Assembly (NCBI GenBank): GCA_963811635.1
Contig: CAWESB010000010.1
Span: 18,901 to 82,900 of the forward strand
Source: an uncultured Actinomycetes bacterium
GTDB lineage: Bacteria > Actinomycetota > Thermoleophilia > Gaiellales > Gaiellaceae
Direction: 5' to 3'
DNA length: 64,000 nt
Below the pieces are notes generated by a model. That model was not told the DNA's origin. It ran no database searches and saw only the letters and a list, made by a program, of their open reading frames with translations. Positions 28,374 through 38,912 of this stretch are shown piece by piece (position 1 is the first letter of the stretch; each line of letters starts with the position of its first letter). The position numbers were made by a program, and so were the translations under genes.

Positions 28374-30406
28374 CGCTTCGCAACGAGCCCCGTTCGCTCT
28401 TCGATCGCGCCATTCTCCGTCGCGCCGTCCGCGACAGCGTCCTCAAGCTCGATCCGCGCCGGATGGCGCGCAACCCGGTCCTTTTTGTCGTCGAGGTCGG
28501 CAGCGTGCTCGTGACCGTCCTCTTCCTGCGGAACCTCGGCCAGTCGTCAGCGGAGGAAAACGTCTTCGCCGGCCTGGTCGCAGCATGGCTCTGGTTCACC
28601 GTCCTATTCGCAAACTTCGCCGAGGCGATCGCTGAGGGGCGGGGTAAGGCGCAAGCCGACGAGTTGCGCCGGACGCGCGCGGAAACGATCGCGCATCGCC
28701 GACGGGACGGCTCGCTCGAGGACGTTCCGAGCGCCGCCCTGACGGTCGGCGACGAGGTCATAGTTTCTGCCGGCGAGGTCATCCCCGCGGACGGCACGGT
28801 GATCGAGGGGATCGCGAGCGTAGACGAGTCGGCGATCACCGGTGAGTCGGCGCCTGTCATCCGGGAATCGGGCGGCGACCGCTCCGCGGTCACGGGCGGC
28901 ACGCGCGTTCTCTCCGACCGGATCGTGGTGCTCGTCACTGCGCAGCCTGGAGAGAGCTTCCTCGATCGCATGATCTCGCTTGTCGAGGGTGCCGAGCGAC
29001 AGAAGACGCCGAACGAGATCGCGCTCAACATCCTTCTCGCCGGCCTGACGATCATCTTCCTGCTCGCCGTCGTCAGTCTTCAGCCGTTCGCCGTCTACTC
29101 GGATGCCGAGCAGCCGGTCATCGTCCTCGTCGCGCTCCTCGTTTGCCTGATCCCGACCACGATCGGCGGGCTTCTGTCCGCGATCGGAATCGCCGGCATG
29201 GACAGGCTCGTGCGTCGGAACGTACTCGCGCTCAGCGGCCGAGCAGTCGAAGCGGCGGGGGACTGTTCGACGCTCCTCCTTGACAAGACGGGGACGATCA
29301 CCCTAGGCAACCGCCAAGCGTCCGAGTTTCTGCCCCTCCCAAGCGTGGAGGAACGTGAGCTTGCGGACGCGGCGCAGCTCTCGAGCCTGGCCGACGAGAC
29401 GCCGGAAGGCCGCTCGATCGTTGTCCTCGCCAAGGAGCGCTACGGCCTGCGGGAGCGCGAGCTCCTGGACGGCCAGCTGATTCCCTTCACCGCCGAAACA
29501 CGCATGAGCGGCGTCGATCTCGACGGTCGCCGCATTCGGAAGGGCGCTGCCGACGCGATCCGACGCTGGATCGAGGCGGGAGGTGGCTCGGTACCCGGCG
29601 CTCTCGACGACATAGTCGATCGCATTGCGGCCTCGGGCGGAACGCCGCTCGTCGTCGCGAGGGATTCGACCGCCCTGGGTGTCATTCACCTGAAGGACGT
29701 TGTCAAAGAGGGTTTGCGCGAGCGTTTCGCTCAGTTGCGTGCCATGGGGATTCGGACGGTGATGATCACTGGGGACAATCCACTCACTGCCCGCGCGATC
29801 GCCGAGGAGGCAGGCGTCGACGACTTCCTCGCCGAAGCCACGCCCGAGGACAAGATGGCGCTGATTCGGCGCGAGCAGGCGGGCGGGAACCTGGTGGCGA
29901 TGACGGGAGACGGGACGAACGACGCGCCTGCACTTGCCGCTGCGGACGTCGGCGTCGCGATGAACACCGGGACACAGGCGGCGCGGGAGGCCGGGAACAT
30001 GGTCGACCTGGACTCGAACCCGACGAAGCTCATCGACGTCGTCGAGATCGGGAAGCAGCTCCTGATCACGCGGGGGTCACTGACGACGTTTTCGATCGCA
30101 AACGATGTCGCCAAGTACTTCGCGATCATTCCGGCGATGTTCGCGGGCGCGCTGCCGGCACTCGAGAGGCTGAATGTAATGGACTTGGCCAGCCCCCGCT
30201 CGGCGATCCTCGCGGCCGTAATCTTCAACGCCCTCGTCATTGCCGCCCTCATCCCGCTCGCCCTTCGCGGCGTCCATTTTCGGGCTCGTTCCGCGGTTGC
30301 GATCTTGCGTCGAAACCTGCTCGTCTACGGAATCGGAGGGATCATTGCGCCCTTCATCGGGATCAAACTGATCGACGTCGCTATCAGCGCGCTCGGGGTC
30401 TCGTGA
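28370..30406 (+). CDS. kdpB: K+-transporting P-type ATPase subunit B
   Basis: 678 aa. The P-type motifs are the DKTGT phosphorylation site, TGDN and [10 protein letters not shown]. It overlaps kdpA by 4 nt. Confidence 0.95.
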   Translation: MTLRNEPRSLFDRAILRRAVRDSVLKLDPRRMARNPVLFVVEVGSVLVTVLFLRNLGQSSAEENVFAGLVAAWLWFTVLFANFAEAIAEGRGKAQADELRRTRAETIAHRRRDGSLEDVPSAALTVGDEVIVSAGEVIPADGTVIEGIASVDESAITGESAPVIRESGGDRSAVTGGTRVLSDRIVVLVTAQPGESFLDRMISLVEGAERQKTPNEIALNILLAGLTIIFLLAVVSLQPFAVYSDAEQPVIVLVALLVCLIPTTIGGLLSAIGIAGMDRLVRRNVLALSGRAVEAAGDCSTLLLDKTGTITLGNRQASEFLPLPSVEERELADAAQLSSLADETPEGRSIVVLAKERYGLRERELLDGQLIPFTAETRMSGVDLDGRRIRKGAADAIRRWIEAGGGSVPGALDDIVDRIAASGGTPLVVARDSTALGVIHLKDVVKEGLRERFAQLRAMGIRTVMITGDNPLTARAIAEEAGVDDFLAEATPEDKMALIRREQAGGNLVAMTGDGTNDAPALAAADVGVAMNTGTQAAREAGNMVDLDSNPTKLIDVVEIGKQLLITRGSLTTFSIANDVAKYFAIIPAMFAGALPALERLNVMDLASPRSAILAAVIFNALVIAALIPLALRGVHFRARSAVAILRRNLLVYGIGGIIAPFIGIKLIDVAISALGVS

Positions 30407-30981
30407 TGCGGCGCCAGGTCCTTCCGAGCGTGATTGCCTTTCTCGTCTTCACGGGGGTCACCGGGATCGCCTACCCGCTGGTGATCACCGCCGTGGCCCA
30501 GGTCGCATTCCCCGGACGGGCCGACGGTTCGCTGGTTGAGCGGGACGGCCATGTGGTCGGGTCGCGGCTGATCGGGCAGAGCTTCTCTGGTGTGCGCTAC
30601 TTTCACCCACGTCCGTCGGCGGCTGGAGAGGGCTACGACGCGATGGCGAGCTCACCGTCGAACCTCGGGCCGTCGAATCCGAAGCTCATCGCGACTGCTC
30701 GCGCGCGGGCGGCCGTATACCGCGATGAAAACGGTCTCGCGCCCGGTGCTCCCGTGCCAATCGATGCGATCACCGCCTCGGCCTCAGGGCTGGACCCGCA
30801 CATCTCGCCCGAGAATGCCCGGCTCCAGGCGGCCCGGGTCGCTCGCGCCCGCGGGCTTCAGGTGACCGAGGTCCTCGCGCTGGTACACGATTACACGAGC
30901 GAGCGCGCCCTCGGCTTCGTGGGTGAGCCTGGCGTGAACGTGCTGGAGCTCAATCTCGCTCTCGACCGGATTCGCGGCTGA
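30403..30981 (+). CDS. kdpC: K+-transporting ATPase subunit C
   Basis: 192 aa. It has an N-terminal TM and the motifs [10 protein letters not shown]-like ([10 protein letters not shown]) and [11 protein letters not shown]. Confidence 0.93.
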   Translation: MMRRQVLPSVIAFLVFTGVTGIAYPLVITAVAQVAFPGRADGSLVERDGHVVGSRLIGQSFSGVRYFHPRPSAAGEGYDAMASSPSNLGPSNPKLIATARARAAVYRDENGLAPGAPVPIDAITASASGLDPHISPENARLQAARVARARGLQVTEVLALVHDYTSERALGFVGEPGVNVLELNLALDRIRG

Positions 30982-30995
30982 GGCGCGCTATCGGC

Positions 30996-33479
30996 ATGGC
31001 GCGAGGCACACTCCGTATTTACCTGGGTGCCGCCGCAGGCGTCGGTAAGACGTACGCGATGCTGAACGAGGGCCGGCGCCGTCACGAGTACGGCGAGGAT
31101 GTGGTAGTCGGCTTCGTGGAACCACATGGCCGGCGCAAGACGGGTGAGCAGATCGGTGAGCTCGAGGTTCTCCCGCGCAAGCGAATCGAATACCGCGAGA
31201 GCGCGTTCGAGGAGATGGACGTCGACGCGCTACTCGCCCGCCATCCGCAGGTCGCGCTCGTGGACGAACTCGCTCATACGAACGTGCCCGGCTCGCGCAA
31301 CGAGAAGCGCTGGCAGGACGTCGAGGAACTGCGTGAGGCCGGCATCAACGTCGTGTCGACCCTCAACATCCAGCATCTCGAGTCACTTAACGACGTCGTC
31401 GAGCAGATCACCGCAGTCAAGCAGCGCGAGACGATTCCCGACGAAATTGTGCGCGCCGCGGACGAACTCCAGCTTGTCGACCTGACTCCGTTGGCGCTTC
31501 GCAACCGCCTCGCCCGGGGAGACGTCTACCCCCCCGAGCGCATCGACGCGGCGCTCGCCAACTACTTCCGGCCAGGAAATCTGTCGGCGCTCCGCGAGCT
31601 TGCCCTCGCCTGGCTCGCGGATCGTGTCGACGAAGGGCTCGCCGAGTACCGCCGACGGCACGGAATCGAGCAGTCATGGGAGACGAGGGAGCGCGTTCTC
31701 GTTGCCCTCACAGGGTCGCGCGATGGGGAGCGGCTCGTGCGGCGGGCCGCGCGGATCGCTCAACGCGCGCGAGGCGACCTCGTTGCCGTCCACGTGATCC
31801 CCCCGGACGGCTTGGCGGCCCCATCGGACGAGCTGCTTGAGGAGCAGCGCGAGCTCGTCGAGGAGCTCGGGGGAAGCTTCCACGAAGTCGTGGGCGCCGA
31901 CGTCGCCGATGCGCTTGTCGGCGTCGCTCGGTCGCTGAATGTGACGCAGATCGTCATGGGGGCGAGCCGTCGCTCGCGTTGGCAACGAATCACGCGCGGT
32001 TCTGTGATCGGGCAAGTGATCCGGCAGGGCAGCACCGGGATCGACGTTCACGTCATCCGACATCCTGAACGTCACGAGGAGACAGTCGTGCCCCGGCAAC
32101 GCCGTCCGTCCACACTCCCGCGCCGTCGCGTTGCCATCGGGTTCGCACTTGCCGCTGTTGGCCTTCCCTTGCTGACCGCCTTGCTCACGCAACTGCGCGC
32201 GCAGCTCGAGCTGCCCAGCGTGATGCTCCTCTTTCTGCTCCTCGTTGCGGGTATCGCCGCCGTCGGCGGCCTGTGGCCAGGGCTCGTGGCGGCAGTCGGC
32301 GGCTTTCTCCTCGTTAACTGGTTCTTCATCGAGCCCCACCACACATTCACGATCGCTGAGTTCGAAGACGTGCTTGCCCTCTTCGTCTTCCTCGCTGTAG
32401 GGGCCATCGTCTCGAGCTTCGTCGCCCTCGCGGCGCGCCGCGCTGCCGAGGGGGCGCGCGCCCGTGCGGAAGCCGAGGCGCTGGCGCGGCTCGCGGGCTC
32501 GGAACCCGCCGGTGCGGTGCTCGAAAGTCTCCGCCGGGTCCTCGATCTCGAGGGAGCGGCCGTGCTGCACCGCTACGGGGCCGGCTGGCGCATCGAAGCC
32601 GCCTCCGGTTCCCGCTACCCGGAGACCCCGGAAGCGAGTGACACCGTCGTTGATCTCGGTGCCGTCCACGTGCTCGCGCTTACCGGTCCCGCCATCCGGA
32701 GTGAGGATCAGCGGGTGCTCGATGCCTTTGCCCGCGAGTTGGAGGCTTCTCTCGAGCTTCGGGAGCTCGAGGCCCAGGTCGCAGCTGCCGGCACCGTTTC
32801 GGCCGCCAATGAGCTTCGTGCCGCTCTGCTTTCGGCGGTCTCGCACGATCTGCGCACCCCGCTGTCGGCGATCAAGGCGTCGGTCACGAGCCTGCTCCAA
32901 GAGGACGTCGAGTGGACGCCCGAGGCCCGGGGAGAGTTTCTCGCGACGATCGATGAGGAGACCGACCGCCTCAACAAGCTCGTTGGCAATCTTCTCGACA
33001 TGAGCCGTCTGCAGGCCGGAGCACTGGAGATCAGCGCGGCCCCCGTCGGGCTCGAGGAAGTGCTGCCTGCTGCGCTTCGAAGCCTCGGAGTCGCCGATAG
33101 CGCGGTTCAGGTCGACGTGTCCGAGTCGCTGCCACGCGTGCTCGCCGACCCTGGGCTGCTCGAGCGCGCGCTCGCGAACCTCATCCACAATGCGATTCGC
33201 TTCTCCCCGCCGAGCGCGCCCGCACGCATAACGGCGGGCACCGTCGAAGGCATCGTCGACATCCGTGTCGTGGACCGCGGGCCCGGAGTCGGCCTGGAGG
33301 AGCGAGGCCGGCTCTTCATGCCATTTCAGCGGTTCGGCGACTCCGCTCAGGGCGAGGGTGTTGGACTTGGCTTGGCGGTCGCGAAGGGCTTCGTGGAGGC
33401 GATGGGCGGAGAGATCGAGGTCGAGGACACGCCAGGAGGAGGCCTGACGATGGTCGTTCGGCTACGGGCCGCGGAGTGA
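30996..33479 (+). CDS. kdpD: Sensor histidine kinase KdpD
   Basis: 827 aa. The N-terminal KdpD domain is GAAAGVGKTYAML, followed by a Usp-like region and four TM segments. HisKA is SAVSHDLRTPL. The HATPase part is NAIRF...DRGPGV...GLGLAV. Confidence 0.93.
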   Translation: MARGTLRIYLGAAAGVGKTYAMLNEGRRRHEYGEDVVVGFVEPHGRRKTGEQIGELEVLPRKRIEYRESAFEEMDVDALLARHPQVALVDELAHTNVPGSRNEKRWQDVEELREAGINVVSTLNIQHLESLNDVVEQITAVKQRETIPDEIVRAADELQLVDLTPLALRNRLARGDVYPPERIDAALANYFRPGNLSALRELALAWLADRVDEGLAEYRRRHGIEQSWETRERVLVALTGSRDGERLVRRAARIAQRARGDLVAVHVIPPDGLAAPSDELLEEQRELVEELGGSFHEVVGADVADALVGVARSLNVTQIVMGASRRSRWQRITRGSVIGQVIRQGSTGIDVHVIRHPERHEETVVPRQRRPSTLPRRRVAIGFALAAVGLPLLTALLTQLRAQLELPSVMLLFLLLVAGIAAVGGLWPGLVAAVGGFLLVNWFFIEPHHTFTIAEFEDVLALFVFLAVGAIVSSFVALAARRAAEGARARAEAEALARLAGSEPAGAVLESLRRVLDLEGAAVLHRYGAGWRIEAASGSRYPETPEASDTVVDLGAVHVLALTGPAIRSEDQRVLDAFARELEASLELRELEAQVAAAGTVSAANELRAALLSAVSHDLRTPLSAIKASVTSLLQEDVEWTPEARGEFLATIDEETDRLNKLVGNLLDMSRLQAGALEISAAPVGLEEVLPAALRSLGVADSAVQVDVSESLPRVLADPGLLERALANLIHNAIRFSPPSAPARITAGTVEGIVDIRVVDRGPGVGLEERGRLFMPFQRFGDSAQGEGVGLGLAVAKGFVEAMGGEIEVEDTPGGGLTMVVRLRAAE

Positions 33480-34162
33480 AACGCATCCTCGTCGTCGACG
33501 ACGAGCCGCAGATGCTGCGGGCGCTCGGCACGAACCTCAAGGCGCGCGGCTATCAAGTCGACCTGGCGCGGACAGGTGAGGCGGCGCTGGTCCTCGCCGC
33601 CCGTGTGCATCCCGATGTAGTCGTTCTCGACCTCGGCCTGCCGGGCATGGATGGGACCGAGGTAATTCGCGGGCTCCGCGGTTGGAGCTCGTTGCCGATC
33701 ATCGTTCTCTCGGTCCGCGAGCGGGAAGCCGACAAGGTTGCCGCACTTGACGCCGGTGCCGACGACTATGTGACAAAGCCCTTCGGCATGGACGAGCTTC
33801 TCGCGCGCCTCCGAGCCGCGCTACGCCGGGCCACTCCAAGCGATGGAGACGATGCGAGCGTGGAGACCGATGACTTCGCAGTCGACCTGTCGTCGAAGCG
33901 AGTCGTGAAGGGCAATACGGAGGTTCATCTGACGCCCACCGAGTGGCAAATCGTCGAGATGCTCGTCCGCAACCCGGGGAAGCTGATCACCCAGCGACAG
34001 CTCCTGCAAAGCGTCTGGGGCCCGCAGTACGAAAGGGAGACGAACTACCTTCGCGTTTTTCTCGCCCAGATTCGGAAGAAGCTCGAGCCCGATCCCGCCC
34101 GACCGCGCTACTTCATCACGGAGGCCGGAATGGGGTATCGCTTCGATCCCGGCCGAGGCTGA
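33476..34162 (+). CDS. kdpE: OmpR-family response regulator KdpE
   Basis: 228 aa. The receiver is VVVLDLGLPGMDG, and the winged-helix part is LTPTEWQIVEML...YLRVFLAQIRKKLE. Confidence 0.92.
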   Translation: MKRILVVDDEPQMLRALGTNLKARGYQVDLARTGEAALVLAARVHPDVVVLDLGLPGMDGTEVIRGLRGWSSLPIIVLSVREREADKVAALDAGADDYVTKPFGMDELLARLRAALRRATPSDGDDASVETDDFAVDLSSKRVVKGNTEVHLTPTEWQIVEMLVRNPGKLITQRQLLQSVWGPQYERETNYLRVFLAQIRKKLEPDPARPRYFITEAGMGYRFDPGRG

Positions 34163-34286
34163 ACTCATGCAGGCCCTAGATCGGTGATCGGCAGTTCGGC
34201 AGGTCGTCGCAACAGCTCGTACGCAGGCCACCGACAGTGGACAGTCCGCGACTTTCTCGCGCCCGTGAGCCTGATAGACAACACGT

Positions 34287-34616
34287 ATGGCACCAAACGC
34301 ATACGGCAGACCGTTCCGGCGCCGCAAAGCGGCCGCCCTCTTGGGGCAGCCGAACTGCTCGATCTGCGGCAAGCCGATCTTCCGGCCCCAGGACGGAACC
34401 CTGCACCACACCGTGCCGGTGGCCGACGGCGGCAACGCCTTCCACGAGCGCCCGGCACACCGATGGTGCAACGCCTCGCACGGGGGCAAGCTCGGCGCCG
34501 AGCGCAGCGGGAGAAAAAGCCGGGCACGTGACGGGGCGCGCCTGAAGTGCTGGCCGGGTGCGATCGACTTCGAGCCTGCCGGGCACGAGATCATCCGCCT
34601 CGCGCCTTACGAGTAG
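34287..34616 (+). CDS. HNH endonuclease-like protein (phage-type)
   Basis: 109 aa. It reads CSICGKPI...LHHTVPVADGGNAF...PAHRWCN, which matches the HNH beta-beta-alpha metal motif. Confidence 0.6.
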   Translation: MAPNAYGRPFRRRKAAALLGQPNCSICGKPIFRPQDGTLHHTVPVADGGNAFHERPAHRWCNASHGGKLGAERSGRKSRARDGARLKCWPGAIDFEPAGHEIIRLAPYE

Positions 34617-34690
34617 GTCGCGCGCCCACTCATTTCGGAAGGGGCAGCGGCGGGTGGAACCTTCCGAGGCGTGGTACTCGTATCCCAAGG

Positions 34691-35012
34691 ATGACCCGGC
34701 GAGGGCTCACTTGGGTGATCGCCACTGGAGTAATCGCAGTTCTTATCGCTGGCGCCGTTGATGCCGTCCGCTCCTCCGAGCCTTCAGGCTCCAGCCCGAG
34801 CCGGATGGTGACGGAGCGGTCGGCAACGGGAGAGATGACGATTGCCGTGGAGACCACGCCCGAGGCGCTTCCTCGCTGCACCGTCCAAAACATTGGGGTG
34901 TCAATCGAAGTACTGGGAGGAACGGCGACCGTGGTCGTGCGCCACGTTCGGGGCCGCCCGTGTCACCTCGCTCCCCTGACCGTCCGCCTGAGCGTGACTG
35001 ATCGCGTTGGTA
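34691..35012 (+). pseudogene. Truncated membrane-anchored hypothetical protein; meaningful sequence ends where the integrase fragment begins
   Basis: It reads MTRRGLTWVIATGVIAVLIAGAVD...CTVQNIGVSIEVLGGTATVVVRHV...LTVRLSVTDRVGRRV. After that the ORF runs out of frame across integrase-derived DNA. Confidence 0.35.
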
Positions 35013-35013
35013 G

Positions 35014-35355
35014 GCGAGTGCAGCGGGGCGCAACCTCGGCCGCGTACGCGCCGACCAGCTCGTCTTCCAGACGCTGCGCGGCAAGCCACAGTCGAGGCGA
35101 AACGCTCTGCGCGCTCTTTACCGGGCGGGCGACAGCGTCGGCCTGAACGGCGACGGCCGTGAGCCCATCGGCCTCCATGATCTCCGCCATTCGCTCGTCG
35201 CCAACGCGATTGAGCAGGGGCTGACGGCCCCTGAGGTGGCGGCGATAGCGCGCCACGCCAACGCCAAGGTAACCATGACCGTCTACGCCGGGCTCACTGA
35301 AGGCGGCCGAGAGAGGGCGGTCGCGAAGCTCGCTGAGGGCGGCTTCGGTGGCTGA
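35014..35355 (+). pseudogene. Tyrosine recombinase (phage integrase family) C-terminal fragment; no start codon and no N-terminal domains
   Basis: My translation in the frame opened after the TAG at 35011 reads ...QLVFQTLRGKPQSRRNALRALYRAGDSVGLNGDGREPIGLHDLRHSLVANAIEQGLTAPEVAAIARHANAKVTMTVYAGL...*. It contains the HxLRH box and the catalytic Tyr region. Confidence 0.75.
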
Positions 35356-35552
35356 TTCCGTGTCCGCAATGTCCGCGGCGAGCGCACGCTCGGGTTCATT
35401 CGTCGCGAACGGCACGAAACCCGAAGAGCCTGTTTGCAGGGATAAGCGACTACCCCAGATTCGGTCGAGCGTCCCGCGGTTACAGAAGACATGAGCACGC
35501 CTGGCATCGGGACGGCCGATCCCATAGGGTCGAGCCGGCGACGGAGAAGAGT

Positions 35553-36975
35553 GTGCACGGACCGCAGCTGTATCCAGTCCGCATCGAGGGAGAGCTGGAC
35601 ACCGAGCTGAGCCGCTGGCTCTGGCTCGTGAAGTGGATCCTCGCGATCCCGCACTACATCGTGCTCGCGCTGCTCTGGCTGACGCTGCTTGTTCTGACGA
35701 TCGTCGCGTTCTTCGCGATCCTCTTCACCGGCCGCTACCCGCGAGGCATCTTCGACTTCAACGTCGGCGTCCTCCGCTGGACGTGGCGGGTCGCGTTCTA
35801 CTCCTACGGCGCGCTGGGCACCGACCGCTACCCGCCCTTCACTCTCGACGACGTGCCCGACTACCCCGCGCGCCTCGAGGTCGCGTACCCGGAACGGCTG
35901 TCCCGGGGGCTCGTGCTGGTGAAGTGGTGGCTCCTCGCCATCCCGCAGTACATCGTCACGGGAATCTTTCTGGGAGGCGGCAGCTACGCGGCGTCCCGGG
36001 TCGACGAGTGGTTCTGGGGCATCGGCTTCGAAACCGGACTGATCGGCATCCTCGTGCTCTTCGCAGGGGTGGCGCTGCTCTTCACCACGCGGTACCCAGG
36101 CGGGCTCTTCGAGTTCGCGATGGGGCTCGACCGTTGGGTCGCTCGCGTCGCCGCATACGTGCTGCTCATGCGCGACGAGTACCCGCCGTTCCGGCTCGAT
36201 CAGGGAGGCACCGAACCGCCTCCGGCGTTCGCGGAGACGACGCCGGCGGCGGCGGCGGCACCCGCAACCGTCGCTGGTGAGCCGGCTGCGCCGGCCGCGC
36301 CTCCGGCTCGCAGAGGCTGGACTGCGGGACGAGTCGCGCTCGTCGTCGTCGGCACGATCGCGGGCCTGCTGGCGTTCGCATTTCTGGTCGGCGGCTGCGC
36401 GCTCGTCGCCGTCGACCAGACACAGCGAGACGACGACGGGTTCCTCATGTCACCGACGCAGGACTTCTCGACACCGACGTACGCGATCGTCTCCGAGAAT
36501 GCCGACCTGGACGCCGAAGGAGCCGAGTCGGCGCTCGACGCGTTCCTCGGCACGGTCCGGATTCGCAGCGAGAGCGACCGCCCGGTGTTCGTCGGGATCG
36601 GGCCCGCCGACGAGGTCACGCGGTACCTCGGAGGCGTCGAGCGCGACGAGGTCGACGACCTCGACAACAGCGGTGACCCGGAGTACTCGCGGCGATCAGG
36701 CGGCGCGCCAACCGGCCAGCCGGGCGACGAGACGTTCTGGGTCGCGTCGACGGCGGGTGTGGGCGAGCGGACGCTCGAGTGGGAGCCCGAGGACGGCGAC
36801 TGGCGTGGTGGTCGTGATGAGCGAGGACGCTTCGCGCGGTGTTTCCGCTGAGATGAGCATCGGCGCCGAGTTGGACTCGGTCCTCTGGATCGGAATCGGA
36901 CTGCTCGTAGCCGGTGGCCTGCTCGCGGTGGGCTCCGCGCTCGCGATCACCGCGGCCACCCGCCGCCGGCGCTGA
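35553..36975 (+). pseudogene. DUF4389-type membrane protein (two DUF4389-like modules plus a C-terminal TM), frameshift near 36800-36806
   Basis: The two modules are WLWLVKWILAIPHYIVLALLW...FTGRYPRGIFDF and LVLVKWWLLAIPQYIV...TTRYPGGLFEF. The C-terminus continues in ORF 36277-36975 as VVVVMSEDASRGVSAEMSIGAELDSVLWIGIGLLVAGGLLAVGSALAI. Confidence 0.7.
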
Positions 36976-37145
36976 CGCCGAGATCTGCTCGCACATTGCG
37001 CAACCCAGCCGTGCGGCTCGCAGGGCGGCTCCTGCGAAAGAAGGGAGCGACGGGACTCGAGCTCGCGACCGACAACTTGACTCCGCGAGAACACGCCCCT
37101 AGGGTCGAGCCGTCGTAGCCCGCTGGTTCCGCGAGGAGGGGTCTG

Positions 37146-38705
37146 ATGTGGACGGCTAGGACAAAGACGTTGAGTTTGATCACGGCATTGGCTGCGCTGC
37201 TGGCTTTCGCCGCGTTTGTATGGGGCGGCGCAGCCGGGGCGGCGTCGGCCAGACACCCGGCGCCACCTAAGAGCGAGGCGTGCCCGGCACCGTTCGCCGC
37301 GACGCCGAGCTGTCGAACGGCGACGCCGAAGAGTGCCGAGCGCATGCTCAAGCATCCGGTCACGCTGAGGAGCGAGGCGTGCCCAGCGCCGTTCGACGCC
37401 ACGACTAGCTGCGGTGTTGCGACCGTTCCCGCGGATTGGGCGAGGCCCGACGGGCGCACGCTCGAGATCTGGTACGCGTCAGTCCCGGCGCCGAGTGGCA
37501 CGTCGACGGGTGTGACGGTGCCGTTCATGGGCGGCCCTGGCGACTCGATCTCCGAGGTCGCCGACGTCTTCCTGGGGCTGGCAGCCGGGCTTCCCGACCG
37601 CGACATGCTGATCGTCGACGTGCGCGGCACCGGCAGGTCCGGCCGCCTCAGCTGCCCCGCGGTCGATAGCGCGCAGTGGCGGCCCGACGGCCAGGCCCAG
37701 GTCGACCTGGTGGCGCGCTGCGCGCAGGAGATCGGCGAGCGACGCAACGACTACACGACGGTCGCAAGCGTCTTGGACATCGAGGCGATCCGACGGGCAC
37801 TCGACCTACCAAAGCCCTCGCTGCTCGGCGTCTCCTACGGGACGTGGGTCGTGCAGACCTACACGGTCCTATTTCCCGACCTCGTCCAGGCGGCGGTGAT
37901 CGACGCGATCATGCCGTTCCACCTCGACCCCTGGAGCCGCCCCCACCCCGACGCGATGCAGCGTGTCCTTCGCCTTCGCTGCGAACGAACGGGGCTGTGC
38001 GACCCCGCTGAGGCCGACGCGCAGGTGCGCCAGGTCGCCGCGAGCCTCGCCGCGCAGCCGGTGCCGTTCCCCAACAGCGCCCGATTGCTCACCGAAGGAG
38101 CCTTCTCGAACCTGAGCATCGCCGCGATCCAGTTCGCCTTCGCCGACTACGTAAGCGCGATCGACCAAGCGTCGGCCGGCGACTACGAGCCGCTGCTGGC
38201 GTTGACCGAAGCGTTGACCCAGATCCCGCCTCCGAACCCGATCGGCGCGTCGCCGGCGATGGAGGTCCCCGTGACATGCAACGAGTACAGCGCGCCGTTC
38301 GACCTGGGCGACAAGCTCCGGAAGCGGCAAGCCGACTTCGATCGGGGCCTCGCGGAGCTGCCCGACAACGTGTTCGGGTGGTTCTCGAAGCAGGGCTGGG
38401 TCGACTCCGCCTGGGAGCAGGTCAACTTCTGCCTCAAGTACCCCAAGCCGGACTTCTCGCTCAAGCTGCGACCGCCCTACAACGGACCGTTCCCCGACGT
38501 GCCCGTGCTGATGCTGAACGGCGACATCGACCTGCAGACCCCGCTGGAGATGGCCGAGCAGGCAAAGACGAATTGGCCGAACAGCGTCTTCCTGACCATC
38601 AAGGACGCCGCGCATGTCACCCTGCAGACGAGCGAATGCTCCGTTGCGACAGCGCTCAGCTTCCTCGAGAACCCGGTGCTCCCCGACCCGCATACCTGCG
38701 ACTAA
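37146..38705 (+). CDS. Secreted alpha/beta-hydrolase (tripeptidyl-aminopeptidase / Tap-like family)
   Basis: 519 aa. It has a signal peptide. It reads CGVATVPADWARPDGRTLEIWYA...FMGGPGDS...LLGVSYGTW (nucleophile elbow GxSxG) ...LMLNGDIDLQTP...AHV. Confidence 0.8.
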   Translation: MWTARTKTLSLITALAALLAFAAFVWGGAAGAASARHPAPPKSEACPAPFAATPSCRTATPKSAERMLKHPVTLRSEACPAPFDATTSCGVATVPADWARPDGRTLEIWYASVPAPSGTSTGVTVPFMGGPGDSISEVADVFLGLAAGLPDRDMLIVDVRGTGRSGRLSCPAVDSAQWRPDGQAQVDLVARCAQEIGERRNDYTTVASVLDIEAIRRALDLPKPSLLGVSYGTWVVQTYTVLFPDLVQAAVIDAIMPFHLDPWSRPHPDAMQRVLRLRCERTGLCDPAEADAQVRQVAASLAAQPVPFPNSARLLTEGAFSNLSIAAIQFAFADYVSAIDQASAGDYEPLLALTEALTQIPPPNPIGASPAMEVPVTCNEYSAPFDLGDKLRKRQADFDRGLAELPDNVFGWFSKQGWVDSAWEQVNFCLKYPKPDFSLKLRPPYNGPFPDVPVLMLNGDIDLQTPLEMAEQAKTNWPNSVFLTIKDAAHVTLQTSECSVATALSFLENPVLPDPHTCD

Positions 38706-38802
38706 AACGGCAAGTCTGTAGCGAAGATCGTCCGAGTTGGGTTCGCCGTCGCTCGAGGCACCCACAACGTCATCGCGCACTCAACCACAGACGTGCCCTG
38801 GT

Positions 38803-38912
38803 TCCCCCATAACGCCCCGCATGGCACAGCGGAACCCGCATGGTTGAGCGGGTCAGCTGTGCCAGAAGTGCCGGAAATGCTCGTGCGGTGCCTACCCCGG
38901 TGCCTACCTCGA
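38803..38912 (+). repeat. Right copy of the 110-bp imperfect direct repeat
   Basis: See 13748-13857. It keeps the same hairpin and the same tandem 9-10-mer architecture. Confidence 0.85.

Larger units (their letters stand above)
13748..38912. mobile_element. Putative composite, degraded genomic island at tRNA-Tyr, bounded by the 110-bp direct repeats
   Basis: tRNA-anchored direct repeats lie 25,055 bp apart. Inside are terminase remnants, an HNH gene, an integrase C-terminal fragment and an orphan tRNA 3' fragment. No intact integrase is present. Confidence 0.45.
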
